From contig JAQGDQ010000074.1 in assembly GCA_030141605.1 (NCBI GenBank), positions 62,001-126,000 of the forward strand: a DNA stretch of 64,000 nt. The letters are read 5' to 3'. The notes under the pieces were generated by a model, which was not told the DNA's origin, did not search any database, and saw nothing but the letters and a program-made list of their open reading frames with translations. Within the stretch, counting starts at the first letter, position 1. Each line of letters opens with the position of its first letter. Source of the DNA: Tubiluchus corallicola. Its lineage: Eukaryota > Animalia > Priapulida. The translations under genes and the position numbers were made by a program. This document shows positions 38,601-52,300 of the stretch, piece by piece.

Positions 38601-41600
38601 CAGATGTTGAGAATTTTTAATTGCGAGATTATTAAGCTGAAAGAAAGCAGGCAGAGACTTTACATTGAAGAAAAATTGAAAATAATTCTGAACAAAAAAA
38701 CGTGAAACAGATGTTGTTTAGCTACGATAAATGTAATACCAAAAGATTAGTTTGAAGTCACAATTAAATATGCTATAACACGACAAAACATTATAATAGG
38801 CCTACATTAATGAGATGAAAAACTAGAGCATTCTAATCAAATCGTACCTTATAAACAATACAACATTATGGACTTACGATCGTCATAATATGTGCACTGA
38901 ATTAAACTAAACTGAACTATTACAGCTCAAGAAATCTATAAAACAAATTAGTAGGACATTTTAGTATAAGATCAATGATAATTATTCAAAAATGCTGTAA
39001 ATAAAAATTACATGACTATGAAGTCTAATACTATGTCATCATAGAAATGTACTATAATGGAATCATCCAGTCAACTTGGATTTTATGGGGAAAACATCCT
39101 TACACAGAGAAAACTAGATGTAATGTAAACGGTTAACCAGTTAATAGGCTTGTTTAGTAGTGAACCACCAGAGCATTAACAAAGGCACTTGTATAGGTTA
39201 ACATACAATTGTAATTAATTAGTAAACACCACACGGATCTAAGACCCAGATCCGAGTGCGATTGAAAAAAGTTCCCTATCGTTTGCATAATTTCGCCACT
39301 GTCATTCTGGGACAGAACTAATGTATTATAATTAAAATTAGTAAAATGCTTACAAGCAGTTTTTTGTAAAAATGTTTGTTTCACCTACTTTCTCAGAAAC
39401 TTGAAGGATACTAATACCGATAAGCGGCAAGTCAGCATAGCTCCCTCATTTACCCAAAATTCTGATTCGAGATGACAGCTCCGAAAGCTTTTTCTTTTTA
39501 AAAAGTGCTTATCTGTTCGGATCATCCGTGTTAAACAGGTTAACATCAATATTGAAAACTAGCTGAGTTAACTCGTGTTTCAGATGCTATGTTAGACGCT
39601 GTTTTGGCCACCATATTGGATGCTTTTATTTGGATAGTGTGTAGATGTCGATATTCGAAAATCGGGCTCCCAAAAGCCTCTAAAAGGACGACACAGATAG
39701 ACAGTCAGGCAGACAGACAGACACATAGTGTGGACATGTGGATAGGAAAAATCGGGATCTCAAAAACCTCTAAAAGGACATAGCGGACGACCGTATATAG
39801 TAAAATGTCCTAAAAGTGACCGAAATTGACATTGGTACAGATAGATAGACAGACAGACAGACAGATGTGGTTTCTGGCATTTAACCTTCATGGAAGCAAT
39901 ATAGCACGCACACGCACACGTACTGTTCTGTATCTTGTATATGCATGCATACAAGTACATGTACAAGGTACAAAATCATTTAAGCAACTGAATACGTCTT
40001 TTAATCCATTTTCACAACTATATGCTTCTGTGTGACAGGGTGGCCATTTCTACAAAAAAGAGATGCTCTAAGATTTATCCAGAGAGGCAGGAGCAAAAGG
40101 CAAGCTAGGGTACGCTCTCGAATCGCAGGTCAAGGAATAGTGGAAGAATGTTGTCGAACGGGCTGCACATTTCAATCATTAGAAAGTTACTGTGCCGAGG
40201 AGTCTCTGCCGCCTTCAAGGAGTCCCAACTCGGGATTCTTTCAACTCTCGTCAATGCTGTCAAGGGCAAGAGAAAATAATACCAGAAGCAGCAGTAGGAA
40301 CAGTATTAATTTTGTAAGTACAGTTGGTAATATTATTGGTTACAGTGTACCGTTAGCATGTAGTGTTATCACTGATTTTTGTCTTATTTTAATGGCTTAC
40401 CAAGCTTAGTAATTACAACATCTTAAATATCGTTTCTTTTACAATAAATTCATGTGGTTACATAAATTACATTAATACATTTTATGTCACCAAGACTGGG
40501 ACGCGGCTCAATTTGTGGCATGCTCCGAATGTAAAGAATGCCATGCACAGATCAAATATACAGATGAGATACTGTAGGCATATCAGCTTATATTGAAACA
40601 AAATCAGCTGTTCAATTGTTTGAAGTTGCTTTCATGGAGCCTTCTTAACTAAATATCAAGGCAATGACCCCGCCGGGTTGTGTAGGTGGCGATGAACAAT
40701 TATATTTTCCCTACAATCTTTTATCCTACAGGTTATCGTAAATAAGTGTAAAACCTGGCCGAGAAATGCAGGTCACTTTGCGGAGGTGTAGGCCTACGCT
40801 CCAAAAACGAATAATTAGACGATAGTTACAGATCAGCCGCTTAATAACAACGTCCATGAGGTTAAATTTGGATTTTTCACTTTTATTTTTGTAGGCAAAA
40901 CCGAAATTCCTACGGCCAAAATGCTTACATTATTATAAAAACTGCAGATATATCTTTCGAAGGAGATCGGAATATTAATAAAAACATAAACAAACAAATT
41001 TTGCCAATTTTTTGTATGATATCATCTGATAACATGACTGCTGACTGTTAGGTGAACATAGTTAAAGAAATAGTTCCATGCTATTTTCAAAGAAAGAATT
41101 TGCGTTGATACAATTCAACTTCTTTAATCAGGAGATTCCATTCATTTTAGTAATTATGAATTGCATGTAAAGTTGAAATCACCATTAATGGCAGCTTGAT
41201 CAACAACCACCAATGGGGTAAAAACAGTGGAATATTTAAACAGAAAATGTTAAAAGTTGTAATATTTTGATAATGACATTTGAGACCAAAGGCAGTGGCA
41301 GCAACATACCATTATTATGTTTGCAACTTGCAAGTCACTTTATCATCAGAGGGTGCCGCTAAAAAAATTATTTCCTATTTTTCGTCTCAGTTTATCACCA
41401 TTAATGGCTTTTTTTCTTAATTAATTAATGATCTACATATCTTGCTTTTCGTGATGCAAGTGTTTAAATTCTTTATTAAAATAATATTAAAAATTTGTGA
41501 AAATTGACAACGTTGTTAAAGGTTGTTTCCATTTACGCTTGAACAAAATTTAATGTTTTTCAACAGCTGGGAAGAAACGGCTTTAGTTTGGCACGGCCAT

Positions 41601-41770
41601 CGTCGGATGACAATCCAGTAAACATAGCAACGCAGACCGCTAGGCCCAGCTGGAACCAACAAGGATGGTTCTTCATCGATTCATTACGAAAAGGTCACAG
41701 TCACGCTCTAAGTCTGGCAGACTTCTATGAGTACCTAGACTATTTACGACACGCAGAACACCTGGAATGA
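32628..41770 (+). CDS. Insulin/IGF-like peptide precursor (signal-B-C-A plus long D/E-like extension), 3 coding exons, 213 aa
   Basis: Exons 32628-32790 (phase 1), 40039-40313 (phase 0), 41567-41770; total 642 nt. B chain YCGTRLVNMLNLVCGSRG (C-x11-C). A chain GIVEECCRTGCTFQSLESYC (CC-x3-C-x8-C). Hydrophobic N-terminus; KR, KR and RSKR sites. Exon 3 rests on its acceptor and open frame only. Confidence 0.92.
34000..34375. mobile_element. Helentron/DINE-1-like non-autonomous repeat remnant in intron 1 of the insulin-like gene
   Basis: CA/CAAA-rich microsatellite followed by ...tgaccctg..aaatttcgctgggtcgggggtaaa hairpin-type end. Confidence 0.35.
39555..39900. repeat. (GACA)n-containing repeat with an internal ~90 bp spaced duplication
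   Basis: aaaatcgggctcccaaaagcctctaaaaggac and aaaatcgggatctcaaaaacctctaaaaggac, with two GACA microsatellite tracts; HINE-like organisation. Confidence 0.55.
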
Positions 41771-41990
41771 GCAACTTACGTGTAAGGTTTGATATAGGAG
41801 CTTTTAAAGTTGACACCAGGAAAGGTCATCAAAAGAACTCATGTTTGATTTCTATATGCACAGGCAACGCATTATTATTTAATCTCTAAAACTCAAATGT
41901 TAAGGTCAGTTCCCTAAAAGAAACTAACTTTATGACTTATAGTTTTTACTGCATTTTAAACCAAACCAGTATCAATAGGGTATCATGCAC

Positions 41991-41996
41991 AATAAA
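41991..41996 (+). promoter_or_regulatory. Candidate polyadenylation signal of the insulin-like gene
   Basis: First AATAAA after the stop at 41770. Confidence 0.45.
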
Positions 41997-43332
41997 ATGA
42001 CTTAACAATCTGAATGAACTGTTCTCTAATGTATCAGAGATAATTATTTGTTAGAGAGGAGCCTATTAAATTGTGTAACGAACCAGCAAAGGCTTCAAAG
42101 TATGTCAATAACCACAACAATTTTGGATCCTATTAATTAGAACACGCAGCAACGTATACAGTGAATGCTTTACAGATTTTTATTTTGAAATCGTTTCAAA
42201 CTTTTGCTTGATGATTTTGATGCTAGTTTCATTACTGAAGCTCTTGATGCTAAGTTGTAGGACGGGTCACAATATTTTTTGAAATATAACGAATTAACAA
42301 AATGCTTAGAATCTCAAATTCAAGACATAGGCCTATTGCCTATGCTGCACTTTATAAGAATCATTTGCAAAAATATAACCAACAAGATAAAGCATTGCTT
42401 AACTAATACTAGTACTAATTTAATCATAAAAAGTGCAGTTAAGAAGCTACAAAAGCATTTATTCTAGCCTGGTTTTAGATAGAGACCTACAAAAAACAAA
42501 TACAACTAAAAAAGTAAGAGCACTCATTCAGCTTGTATCTTTATTGGTCATCTTTAATGCATAGACTGCCACTAAAAATATGCCACACTCGAAATTACTG
42601 CATTGCAGCATGCTTACAAAAATTGAAATTCAGGTATGTTGTTAAAGTCTTTCTGCAAACTTTAAATTACATACATCAATGCTAATATGTGGTGAAAAAA
42701 GTAGTTGCCAGACAAATTTGATCATTATTCTTTGCACTTACAGAAGTATTTTGAAGTGTTCAAAAGCCATTTTCTGCAAAAAGTCTCTTCTGGATTCTAT
42801 ATAATTAATTACAGCACACATGTAGGATATGCTAAATTATTTTAGGGAAATGCACAATCACAATAAATCAAAATGCCAATAGATCATTATAGCAAATTAC
42901 AACTGCTGTAGGAAATGTATTAACTATTATTTTAAATTGTATTTTTTGTTGTCACAATATTGCTATAAATGGTTACACTGAGAGAAAAATAATTATATAT
43001 TTTATCATTGTTTCTGTTTACTTTTATTCATTAATTGTTTTTAGAGAAGTGAAAAGCTTACAATGTGGTTTCAAAAGCTCACACAAATCTCGATGCTGCT
43101 AGTGTCTACTCTGTCATTAAGAACTGTCAAAATTAAGACAAATGGTGACAGCACAGGGTTTTACATCTCAGAAAACTAGGCCTTAAAGTGAGGAAGCTGC
43201 TAAATAAGTTAGTGAATCATGTACACTAGTAGTACTAATGTAACAAACCGATAAATAGCAAAAAAATCCATGTTGTACTGCATGCTAATGCTATCACTGA
43301 AGACTGGTCGATCTTTTCAGTTTGTGATTTCA

Positions 43333-46300
43333 TCAGCTGTGATACATTTGCAACAAACAGGATTTGACAACTGACATATAACGTTCCCACATAGTCACAA
43401 TTCGGGAATTTAACCTGCAATAAAATAGATAAACAGAAGGGATGACTAGGTCCTAGAAAAAAGCCCACACACGTTATAAGTAGCAGTCTTAATCAGGGGT
43501 CGTGAAGGCAAAGTATACACATAATAGCTTCACTTAGTAACACGAACGAAGGTAGATTTTATCATTTTTCAAGCTAGTCTCAATAAAAAAGATTTAACAT
43601 GGTAATTATTTTTTAAATGTTTACCAATCCTTTAGAACTTTAGCTTGGCAAGTCTATTCCTGTCTGATAAATCATTTGAAAAATGCCCATATATATATAT
43701 ATAACTAATGTATATATAACTGTTATATATATATATATAACAATATATATATATTGTTATAACCTAAGATAAATAATATTTGTATTCGAATTCTCCTTTC
43801 AGAACTTTTAAAACAGAATATTATGTGATGTACGAAGCTTAACCTGCTTGATGTACATGAGGAATAATTTCCAATTTAAAATGACACATTTTGCATTTGC
43901 ATATTAACCTTGATCCAGATCCCAAAATCCAGAAATTATATGAATTCAGAGATTGATAGTCGAGCCCTCTAATCAGTATTCAAAGAAGAAAAAAATTTTA
44001 TTTTTGGATTCCAAAAAATATTCGAATTCTAAATCATTCAATTCGTTTAATTTTAACATACTCCTCAAAAATTTGGTTGAGTTTGAAAACCATGTGAAAA
44101 ATGAACTTCTCTGTTGCCACGGTATTTCTAGAATTAAATATAAAAGATAATGATGCTAAAATTAATAAAAAATGTTGTACCATAAAGTGTTGCTAGAAAC
44201 TCTAAAATAAATAAGCAAGTGATTATTCTGAGATGGAATTCAATAAACACAAAAACATGCTTATGAACTTGAGACTAGCAAGAGTAAAAAGTGAAAGAAA
44301 GTAAAAGCAAATCATTACCGTAATTTAGGACGTAGCTTATATCTAATAAAATGATAACTGGCAACAGCTCATTCCTTGTCCTTGTATTAGTTCAGTTTTG
44401 TTGCTTAATAAACCAAGATGACTCAGCTGTTATTTGGTTTACTACAAAGGTTTAATTACAAATCCTCAGCAAAAATGGAATATACACATATATCAGTCAA
44501 TCAATTTTCTTTTGGAATTTGGATCTTACATCCATTAATAGAACTTAAATGGAAAATAAGTTTAATACCCCAAATGCAGGACTCACAAAAGCTGGCGAGT
44601 GACGCTTTCTTTTTTTAATGTCTATGAGGATTAAAATTACAAATTACTTTTATTTTTGATGTTTTGAGCTTCTAGACGTACTGTATAACAAAATACCTGA
44701 AGAACTTACATAGCAAGTTGACCTGGCATTTTTGTCAAAATGATACAACTATAAGTGAACACTGATTAGAGTAATGTCAAGTGTTGGGTCTATTGCTTTT
44801 GAAATGTAGTACTGCTATAAATGTAATTACTCTCCTCAAAAATAGTGGCACTATCGCTATAATTATTTGTTTTAGAAAGTAGTTTTTGCAACTACTACTA
44901 CTGTATAAAAGTAGTGCTATTACAATGGCTACCACTTTTGTTTTGCAGCGACTTCTGGGTATTATTGATATAATACAAATATAAATGACACAATAAAAGA
45001 GCTTGCTAGCAGTGATAATTAAATTCAGTGGCAGCTAAAGAAACCCAAGTAAAAACACAAATTGTATCAAGGTTCTAACTAAGCATCATTTACTAACTAA
45101 ATCGTTATTTATGGTTTTAAATAGACACTTGCAGGTCATTCATACTTGTCAATATGATAGTAAATTAATCATTACAATGGTATTCATGCGACACTTGACT
45201 ATTTTATCCTATGCGACAAACTATAGTTCAAACTTCAAACATGTTTATTTGCTTGAAAAAATTAATGTTTTTATTTAAAGTTGCTATTACTAAGCAATAA
45301 CTGTTCACTTTTTGGTGGAATACCTTTTCCAAGAAGACACGCGAATAACGATAATAAGAGAAACATGTGAAGCATTAATGTCTTGCTTCACTGTGCTGGA
45401 GATCATTACATCTACAATTAGGCCTACACAGTTACACAGTTGCTGCTAAAACACAATTAACTTGCTATAGAGATGTTAACTGGCAGCCACAAGAATTAAA
45501 TGGTACAGCAGTACTTAAAAAAAAAACAGTGAAATTACAATTTACCACTATTCATTTTCAAATTAGTGGTGCTACTCCAGCACCACTGGTTGCAGTGGTG
45601 CTCTGTAGTGGTACTACAGCAATGGTGCTACTATCCAATATGGGTCATTAGTTATTAATCAAAGTTTTGTAAAGCAAGTCTGTAAATCATACCTGTTAAT
45701 TTTGCTGACTGCAGTTTCATACTCTGTTAAAAAAACAGCAATGTCCGAATGCGGCAATCTCAAGTTTTTGCAAACATCTATAAACTAAATAAAATGATCA
45801 TTTGCAGCAGAGCAAGTAAAGTTATTTACTCTAATAATATAGAAATAAAGCACTGCCTATGATTTCTTATGTCTCATACTTAAGTAAATATCTTAGACTT
45901 AGTATTAGAAGGTGAGAGACTTAAGAAACGTAACACATAAGTAAGAAAAGTAACTGCTCTCCCAGTTATTTAAAAGATAAAAATTTTAAAAACAAAAACA
46001 ACATCAGTTCTTGTCAGTTTAGACTTTAAAGTGCTAAAGACTTTAAACAAATACTCATATAAAACATTAATTGCTATTCAACAATTTTATCAAACTAAAA
46101 ATTTGCAAAAGCAACCAAGTAAAACATTTAAGTGAACCTATACCATACACAAAAATAAGTTGGTAAACATAAGCCACTTTTTTATTAAAATTGGATGTAA
46201 ATATATTTGCTACAAAAAGAAATCAAACAACAGGCACGATAAAAAGAAATTACAGAAAAACTAAGTTACAAAAAAACCAAGTGCAACATTAACAAAAAAA

Positions 46301-49300
46301 ACTTAATAATTTGACATTTAGCACTAACGAAGCCAATGTCTGATTTAATCCAGCAATTGCAATTTCCTTGTCGAAATGATTTCATCAGTGTAAGAGTATT
46401 AGTCTGCTGACCTTTTAACGAATGAATAATCCGGATAAGAGAATTATTTACAAAAATCCCAAGAAACTAGACTAGTTTGTGTTTTGATTATAAACAACAA
46501 AATCTGATTTAATGAAACTAATCTGCAGACGTGAGTCAAGAAGTGAGTCGATTTTGTAAACAATGCTTAATTATGGTTAATCGCTACTACTACAAAACAA
46601 AATATGGGTTGCAAGTGAACATGAACAGACTGACAACAGAAACTAAGTTAACAGGTTATAGTGCTGCAGACTGTTCACAACAATTTGATGACTGTCTAAA
46701 ATGACGACATAAAAGATGCAGTGCGTTCAATAAGCATGGAGGCAAATTTATATTATTAGAATAAAAATGTAATTTTCAAAAATGTTGGTGCTTTATTATA
46801 TGCTGATAAGTTAATAAAGCATTAAACACATTTATGTAGTCCATATTTTTGTGTGATGTTAGGTTAAGCTGCATAACATGTTATGAATATATTAATTTAA
46901 ATCAAGTCAAATTGCATGACTTACTTAACAAAAGCATATTTAAATCGAGATTCCCAAAGCAATTATATAGCAGAAAACAAGCTGTGTCCATTGGAAGATT
47001 TAAAGCATGCATTTATACAGGATATGATTGAAGGGTCACTGGTAGTCTAACAAGAAAGGTGCCAAAATCTCATGTCATATGACGAGAACTAAACAGACAG
47101 TAAGGTAAGTACATTGGTAGGCCATGATCTACAATCTTTTACAATTAGGTTTACCACTGCAATTATACAGCGAGTCCAAGTTAGAAACATAATATACTAC
47201 CTTTTCAACTAGATCCACAAAAAAATCTTTGATTTCTTTGGAATGCACAAGTCCGCAGGCAATATTAATTAAAGCACGGGACAGCACCTGTGATCAGAAC
47301 ATAAAAATAGAACTCTACTAGACAGAAGAATAGCTCGCTAGAGCTATTTCACAGTTAAAAAACATTGCCTACATTAAAGCTTGGGTGATGATACGTGATA
47401 ATTTTGTTTGGCAGCTAGTCATATTTAATCACATTACAATTAAAGCGAACTTTTTAACTTATGGACAGCACAGCACAGCAAAATCTACTCAGTAGCAAAT
47501 GCAATTAATTTTTAATTACTTTTAAAACTAGCAAAAATGTAACAAATTACCTTGAAATTAGCTTCTAGATCACCGTAAGACTTCTGATCTAGTAAGGGAC
47601 ATACTGCTTGACAAGTTATACTAAAAATAATAACAAAAATAAGTAGGATAATCTATAGATTAAAAGCCCCCACAATTACGTTCCGCAAGAGAAACTAAAG
47701 AGTGGTGAAAACACAAAGTACAGATTCTAGTTCAACATAAAATCAGCCCACAACTTCATCAATAATGTTACATTTTTACACAGTTCAGTACTCAGGATGC
47801 AGCACTCATTGGCAGAGCTACTTATACAGATGGGTTGTGGCATGAAAGGAACTTACTCTAACTATCAAATCTAGTTGTCTGAGATGAATTAGTGCCACAG
47901 TTGGACACACATACATCTTTCCTCAACAGTACATGAGTTTATTTTAACCATAAAAATAATCATTTATATTATAATAGTTAAGAGAAGAGTTTGTGCAACT
48001 CTTGCCAAAATTTTATCATTCATATCATCTGTCTTCAGTTCAGGCAACAAGCATAGAGTGTGTGCTGCTCTCAATTTATCTTAACTTGGGAAATAATACA
48101 TTTCCTTTTAATTTCCTGTAAACTGAATGAAGTATTGTCACACAGTAACAAATTGTTGTGTTGTATAGCTGCAAGGCATAATACAACTGTTATTTAAGGG
48201 ACAATATGTTATTCATTTTATACATGTGTTACCGCCTGGAAAAATAGACAAACATGAGGTACATGTGTTGTGAAGAAGTGAAGTCAGACTTAAAGCTACC
48301 CTGTGACTTTATCTCTAATTTGTAGAGTTTAGAAAGATTCCAGCTCTGGCTCATGAGGCTTTTAAGACGACAACTGTGACTCCCGTAAGCTCACAAAATT
48401 CCTCTCTGCTAAACTGATATTAGTATTTTGCAAAGCGATGGGCTAAAAGTATGCTGTCATGTATAGGGATGTACTGAATATTCAGATCACCGAATTTTTT
48501 CCCCTTATATCAGTATAAAAATCCGGTCGTAACTTCAAAGTTTCAGCTTAGCTTCAGTTTACATTTTTAATAATTGTCACATTAGGGGAAAATTATATTA
48601 AACAATCCGAATATTTCCCTGCAATGCTTATAAAAATTTATCTAAAAAATAAATTGATAGTATACAGCAAACATGGAACAACAGCCAACATTTTGCTTTC
48701 TGTTTCTGTCTGATAACTTGAAGAATGTGATCACAGTTGGTACACAGGTCATCTTACTCGTACTAGCGTGATGACTCTGCAATACACGATGAAATAAATC
48801 AATAAGATCTCCAGTTAGTAAACAATTATAAAATTGCAATTTTGCTTAAAAACTGTTTTTATTATACAAAATATTTGAACAGCCTTTGAAAGAATTAGGG
48901 TTCATTTTAAAATACTTGATAGTTTTTTAAATAAATAATATTAACCATTAAATGCAAACATAGATTTAGTAAACAGAACAATTTTACACTGCTCACCAAT
49001 CACCACTAACTTTAAATAATAAAACATTATAACGTTTATAATCCCTTCAAATGAAATTATAAGAACATTCGGTTCAGTTTCGGTATTCCAATTTAACTTG
49101 ATATTTTATTCAGAATTTGGCATGGTGATGAAAATGTGCATTTGGTGCAGCCTTACACAAGCATGAAGTATAGACATGAGTGAAGTGTCCTCAAAACAAT
49201 AAACAAAGCAAGGTTTAAAAAGAGTTTAGCAGATTTACAATTAATTTTGCACTAAAATGTTATTGATTGAACGTAGAGCCAAAACTGAATCCATTTTTTT

Positions 49301-52300
49301 CACATTTTTGGTGCAACCAGATCAAGGCATAAACAACATGATACTGCAGATAATCAAAGCACCAAGTCAGGGCTCTGTGACATGCTTGCAACACTCACAA
49401 AATTTTTGTCAGTATCTAATTATAACTACATCACATACCTTTTGTGCTCTTCCATTATTTCTTTTTCACTAAGAATTTTAACCTCTTTAAGATCATGTAG
49501 AAATTCCCTGTCAAGATCCACATCAGAATCTTCCTGCAAATTTCCTGGATAAGAAAAGCAGTTTCATATTACAATATAGTGTTCACTCGCTACTTCGGGG
49601 TTCGTTTATCGCAAACTCGCTGTTTCGCGGGTTTTCAAAAATATTAGTGTAAAATATTTATCGCGGTATTCTCGCTGTTTCGCGGGTTTTTGCTGTATTC
49701 CGTCTAAAGTATTTTTGCACATGCGTAGTACGTATTGTACAGTAATGTATAGATTTGATGAATTTTGCATAAAAAATCACAAAATGTATAAAAATATATT
49801 AAAAATATTAATTCTAACATTAAAAGAATATTATAAATCATAAAAAATTACCATTTACAGTAAATAGTGTATTCATTCGGCGGATGAATACGCACCAAAA
49901 ACGAAATGTAGTACTTGCGCCCACTTGAGATGCTACCTGCCGACGTGAGATTGTACACAACACACGATTGGTTGATTGATGGAAAGCGACTAACCAGAGA
50001 AAAGTTATTAAAGGAGTGGGAAAGGGTTATGTATAAAAGAGTTTGGATAGGGTTTATAAAGGCTTAAATTAATGTATAACTACTAAAATAAGTATAGCGT
50101 CCCTACTTCGCAGAAATTCACTTATCGCGGATGGGCCTGGAACGGAACACCCGCGATAAGTGAGAGAACACTGTAATACTAAAAAGACAATAAAAGGTTA
50201 CAGCATTATGGGACTGGAAGGCTGAGCTGGTACACGCTAATGCTGCAGAGAAGTAATTATTTGCTGCTACATTTTTCTATCACTCAAATCAACTTGCAAT
50301 CAAACAATTAACTTTTACATCAAATTTGGCTAAGTTTAGATGAAATTTAGCATAAGTATGGCCTCCATGAAACCATATTTTGGCTCAGAAATCATTATTA
50401 GCCTAAGATTAAGACCATTTGGGACTTTGGTCACTAGACCAAAGCTGAAGCAATTTTTAAGTGCAATGTAAATTTGGCCAATTTTTGTACAACATGGCAT
50501 TTGGATAAGGCACAAGCACTTAAAATTTAGATGCCTACAATTTTTTTTTCATAAAAAAGGTCCCACATTTCAGTAATAGTTATTATTATCACGTTACAAA
50601 GCACAGGGAGAATTCACTTGTAGCGCTAGCAAATAACAAACATCAAACAAGTAATAAAGCAGTTACAAAAAAAATATTTTGACTCATTAAGCTACCTGCA
50701 GAGCCATATGACCAGTGAGCGATCATTGTTGTTGCACAATGAGAAAAATCACTAAAGTTGAGATAATATAACTTCTTCTTCCCCGTTTCGAAGCGATTAT
50801 TAGTGAGAAAAACAAGAGCAGCATACTTTCTGGAACAGAATAAAAATTTAACACTAGATGGCGATGCAAATCAAATGGATAACAATACTTTATTATGCAT
50901 TAAACACAAGAATCAGAATGGTTTTGTGTCATATGACAAAAATACTCCAAAGTGTACAGCAAAAAACAGAAACTTTTAGCAGAACTTAGCATATCAGTTA
51001 CACACTTACTGTGCTAGTTCATGAGAGAGCAAGAAATTGGTTTGGATATTTGAAATGAGTGATCCTCGACGATCCTCCATTGCTTTGAAAACTCGCTTCG
51101 TATTATCAAACTAAAAAAAGAAAACAATTAATGACAAATAGATGTAAACAAGCAATGCGTCTAAACTAACAAAATTGTCTTACACATTTTCAAGTGGGCA
51201 TTATTTGTAACATAAAAAGCATTCACTGTGCATTAACATTTAATCATTTGTGATCTTAAAAAGAAATCAAAAGTATGAAGACAAAAACGAAAATTTTTTG
51301 GCTCATTTTAAGCATAAATTTTGGCAGACATACCTGCCTTCGGCAGCTTTTTAGGTTTTTTGAAGTTTTCTCGCTGACATCGTCCAGTTCCTTGCGTGTT
51401 TTTGATGACAGCTTCTTTCCCAAAATCTCACGTAGAACAATGTCATCAAATTCATAATACCTGCAGCAAGTATAATAAAATAAAAAGGGCAATTTCTATT
51501 TTTTGAAGCAAAAGTCCTGTGCATTTTTTCAAACACTAACAACATTATACATATTTTCTATTTACAGCAAAAATAATGGGGACAGTTTCATGTACACGTC
51601 GTAAATTTCTGCACTTAAGTGCATTTGTCTTATGACACCTCTAAGACAGTGTCGCATTGTATGCATCTAGCTGTCTTAGGGTGCACTTAGTTGTCAGAAC
51701 TTTGCTGTTAGTAGAAATTTATAAACCTGTCATAGGGGTCACTTAAGTCCGCTATTTGAATTTAATCAAAAGTTCGTTTTAGACTAAGACACCCTGGGCG
51801 GTGCTAGTATTAGCAAATCGCGAGCGGTAACATGCAAATTATAATGAAACTGAATGAAAGAGCAACTACAGGCATGCGGTTCTTTAAGACGGCTGGTAGG
51901 TTTGTTTATTTCTATTGAGCTGTATAAGTCAGAATTGACAATTGAAATTCTCTTAAACATATCTTAGACCTAATAATGCAAACTATTTATTAATAACATT
52001 AACTGCTTGACGTAACAAATGTGACGTGAGGAGCGAGAATAGGAGAGGAGAGACGAGGAAAAAACAGCAGAAGGGAAGAGAAAAGGCAAGCAGGGAAAGA
52101 GAGAGAAGAGGAGATGAGAGGTTAGGAGAAGAGAAGAGAGGATAAGAATGAAGAAAAAAGAAGCAGAGACAAAAGAAGGGAAAGTAAAAAAATGGAAAAG
52201 CAAGCAAAGAAAAGGGAAAAGAAAATGGCATGAAGGAGTGCAAAGCCAGTTGAGAAGAGAAAAGAAGAGAACAGGAAAGAAGTGAAGAAAAGAGAAGGAC

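Noticed and set aside
32791-40038. Searched intron 1 and flanks for an extra C-peptide exon or a second insulin-like gene
   Set aside because: No Cys-pattern B or A chain and no convincing phase-compatible exon seen by eye; cannot be fully excluded.
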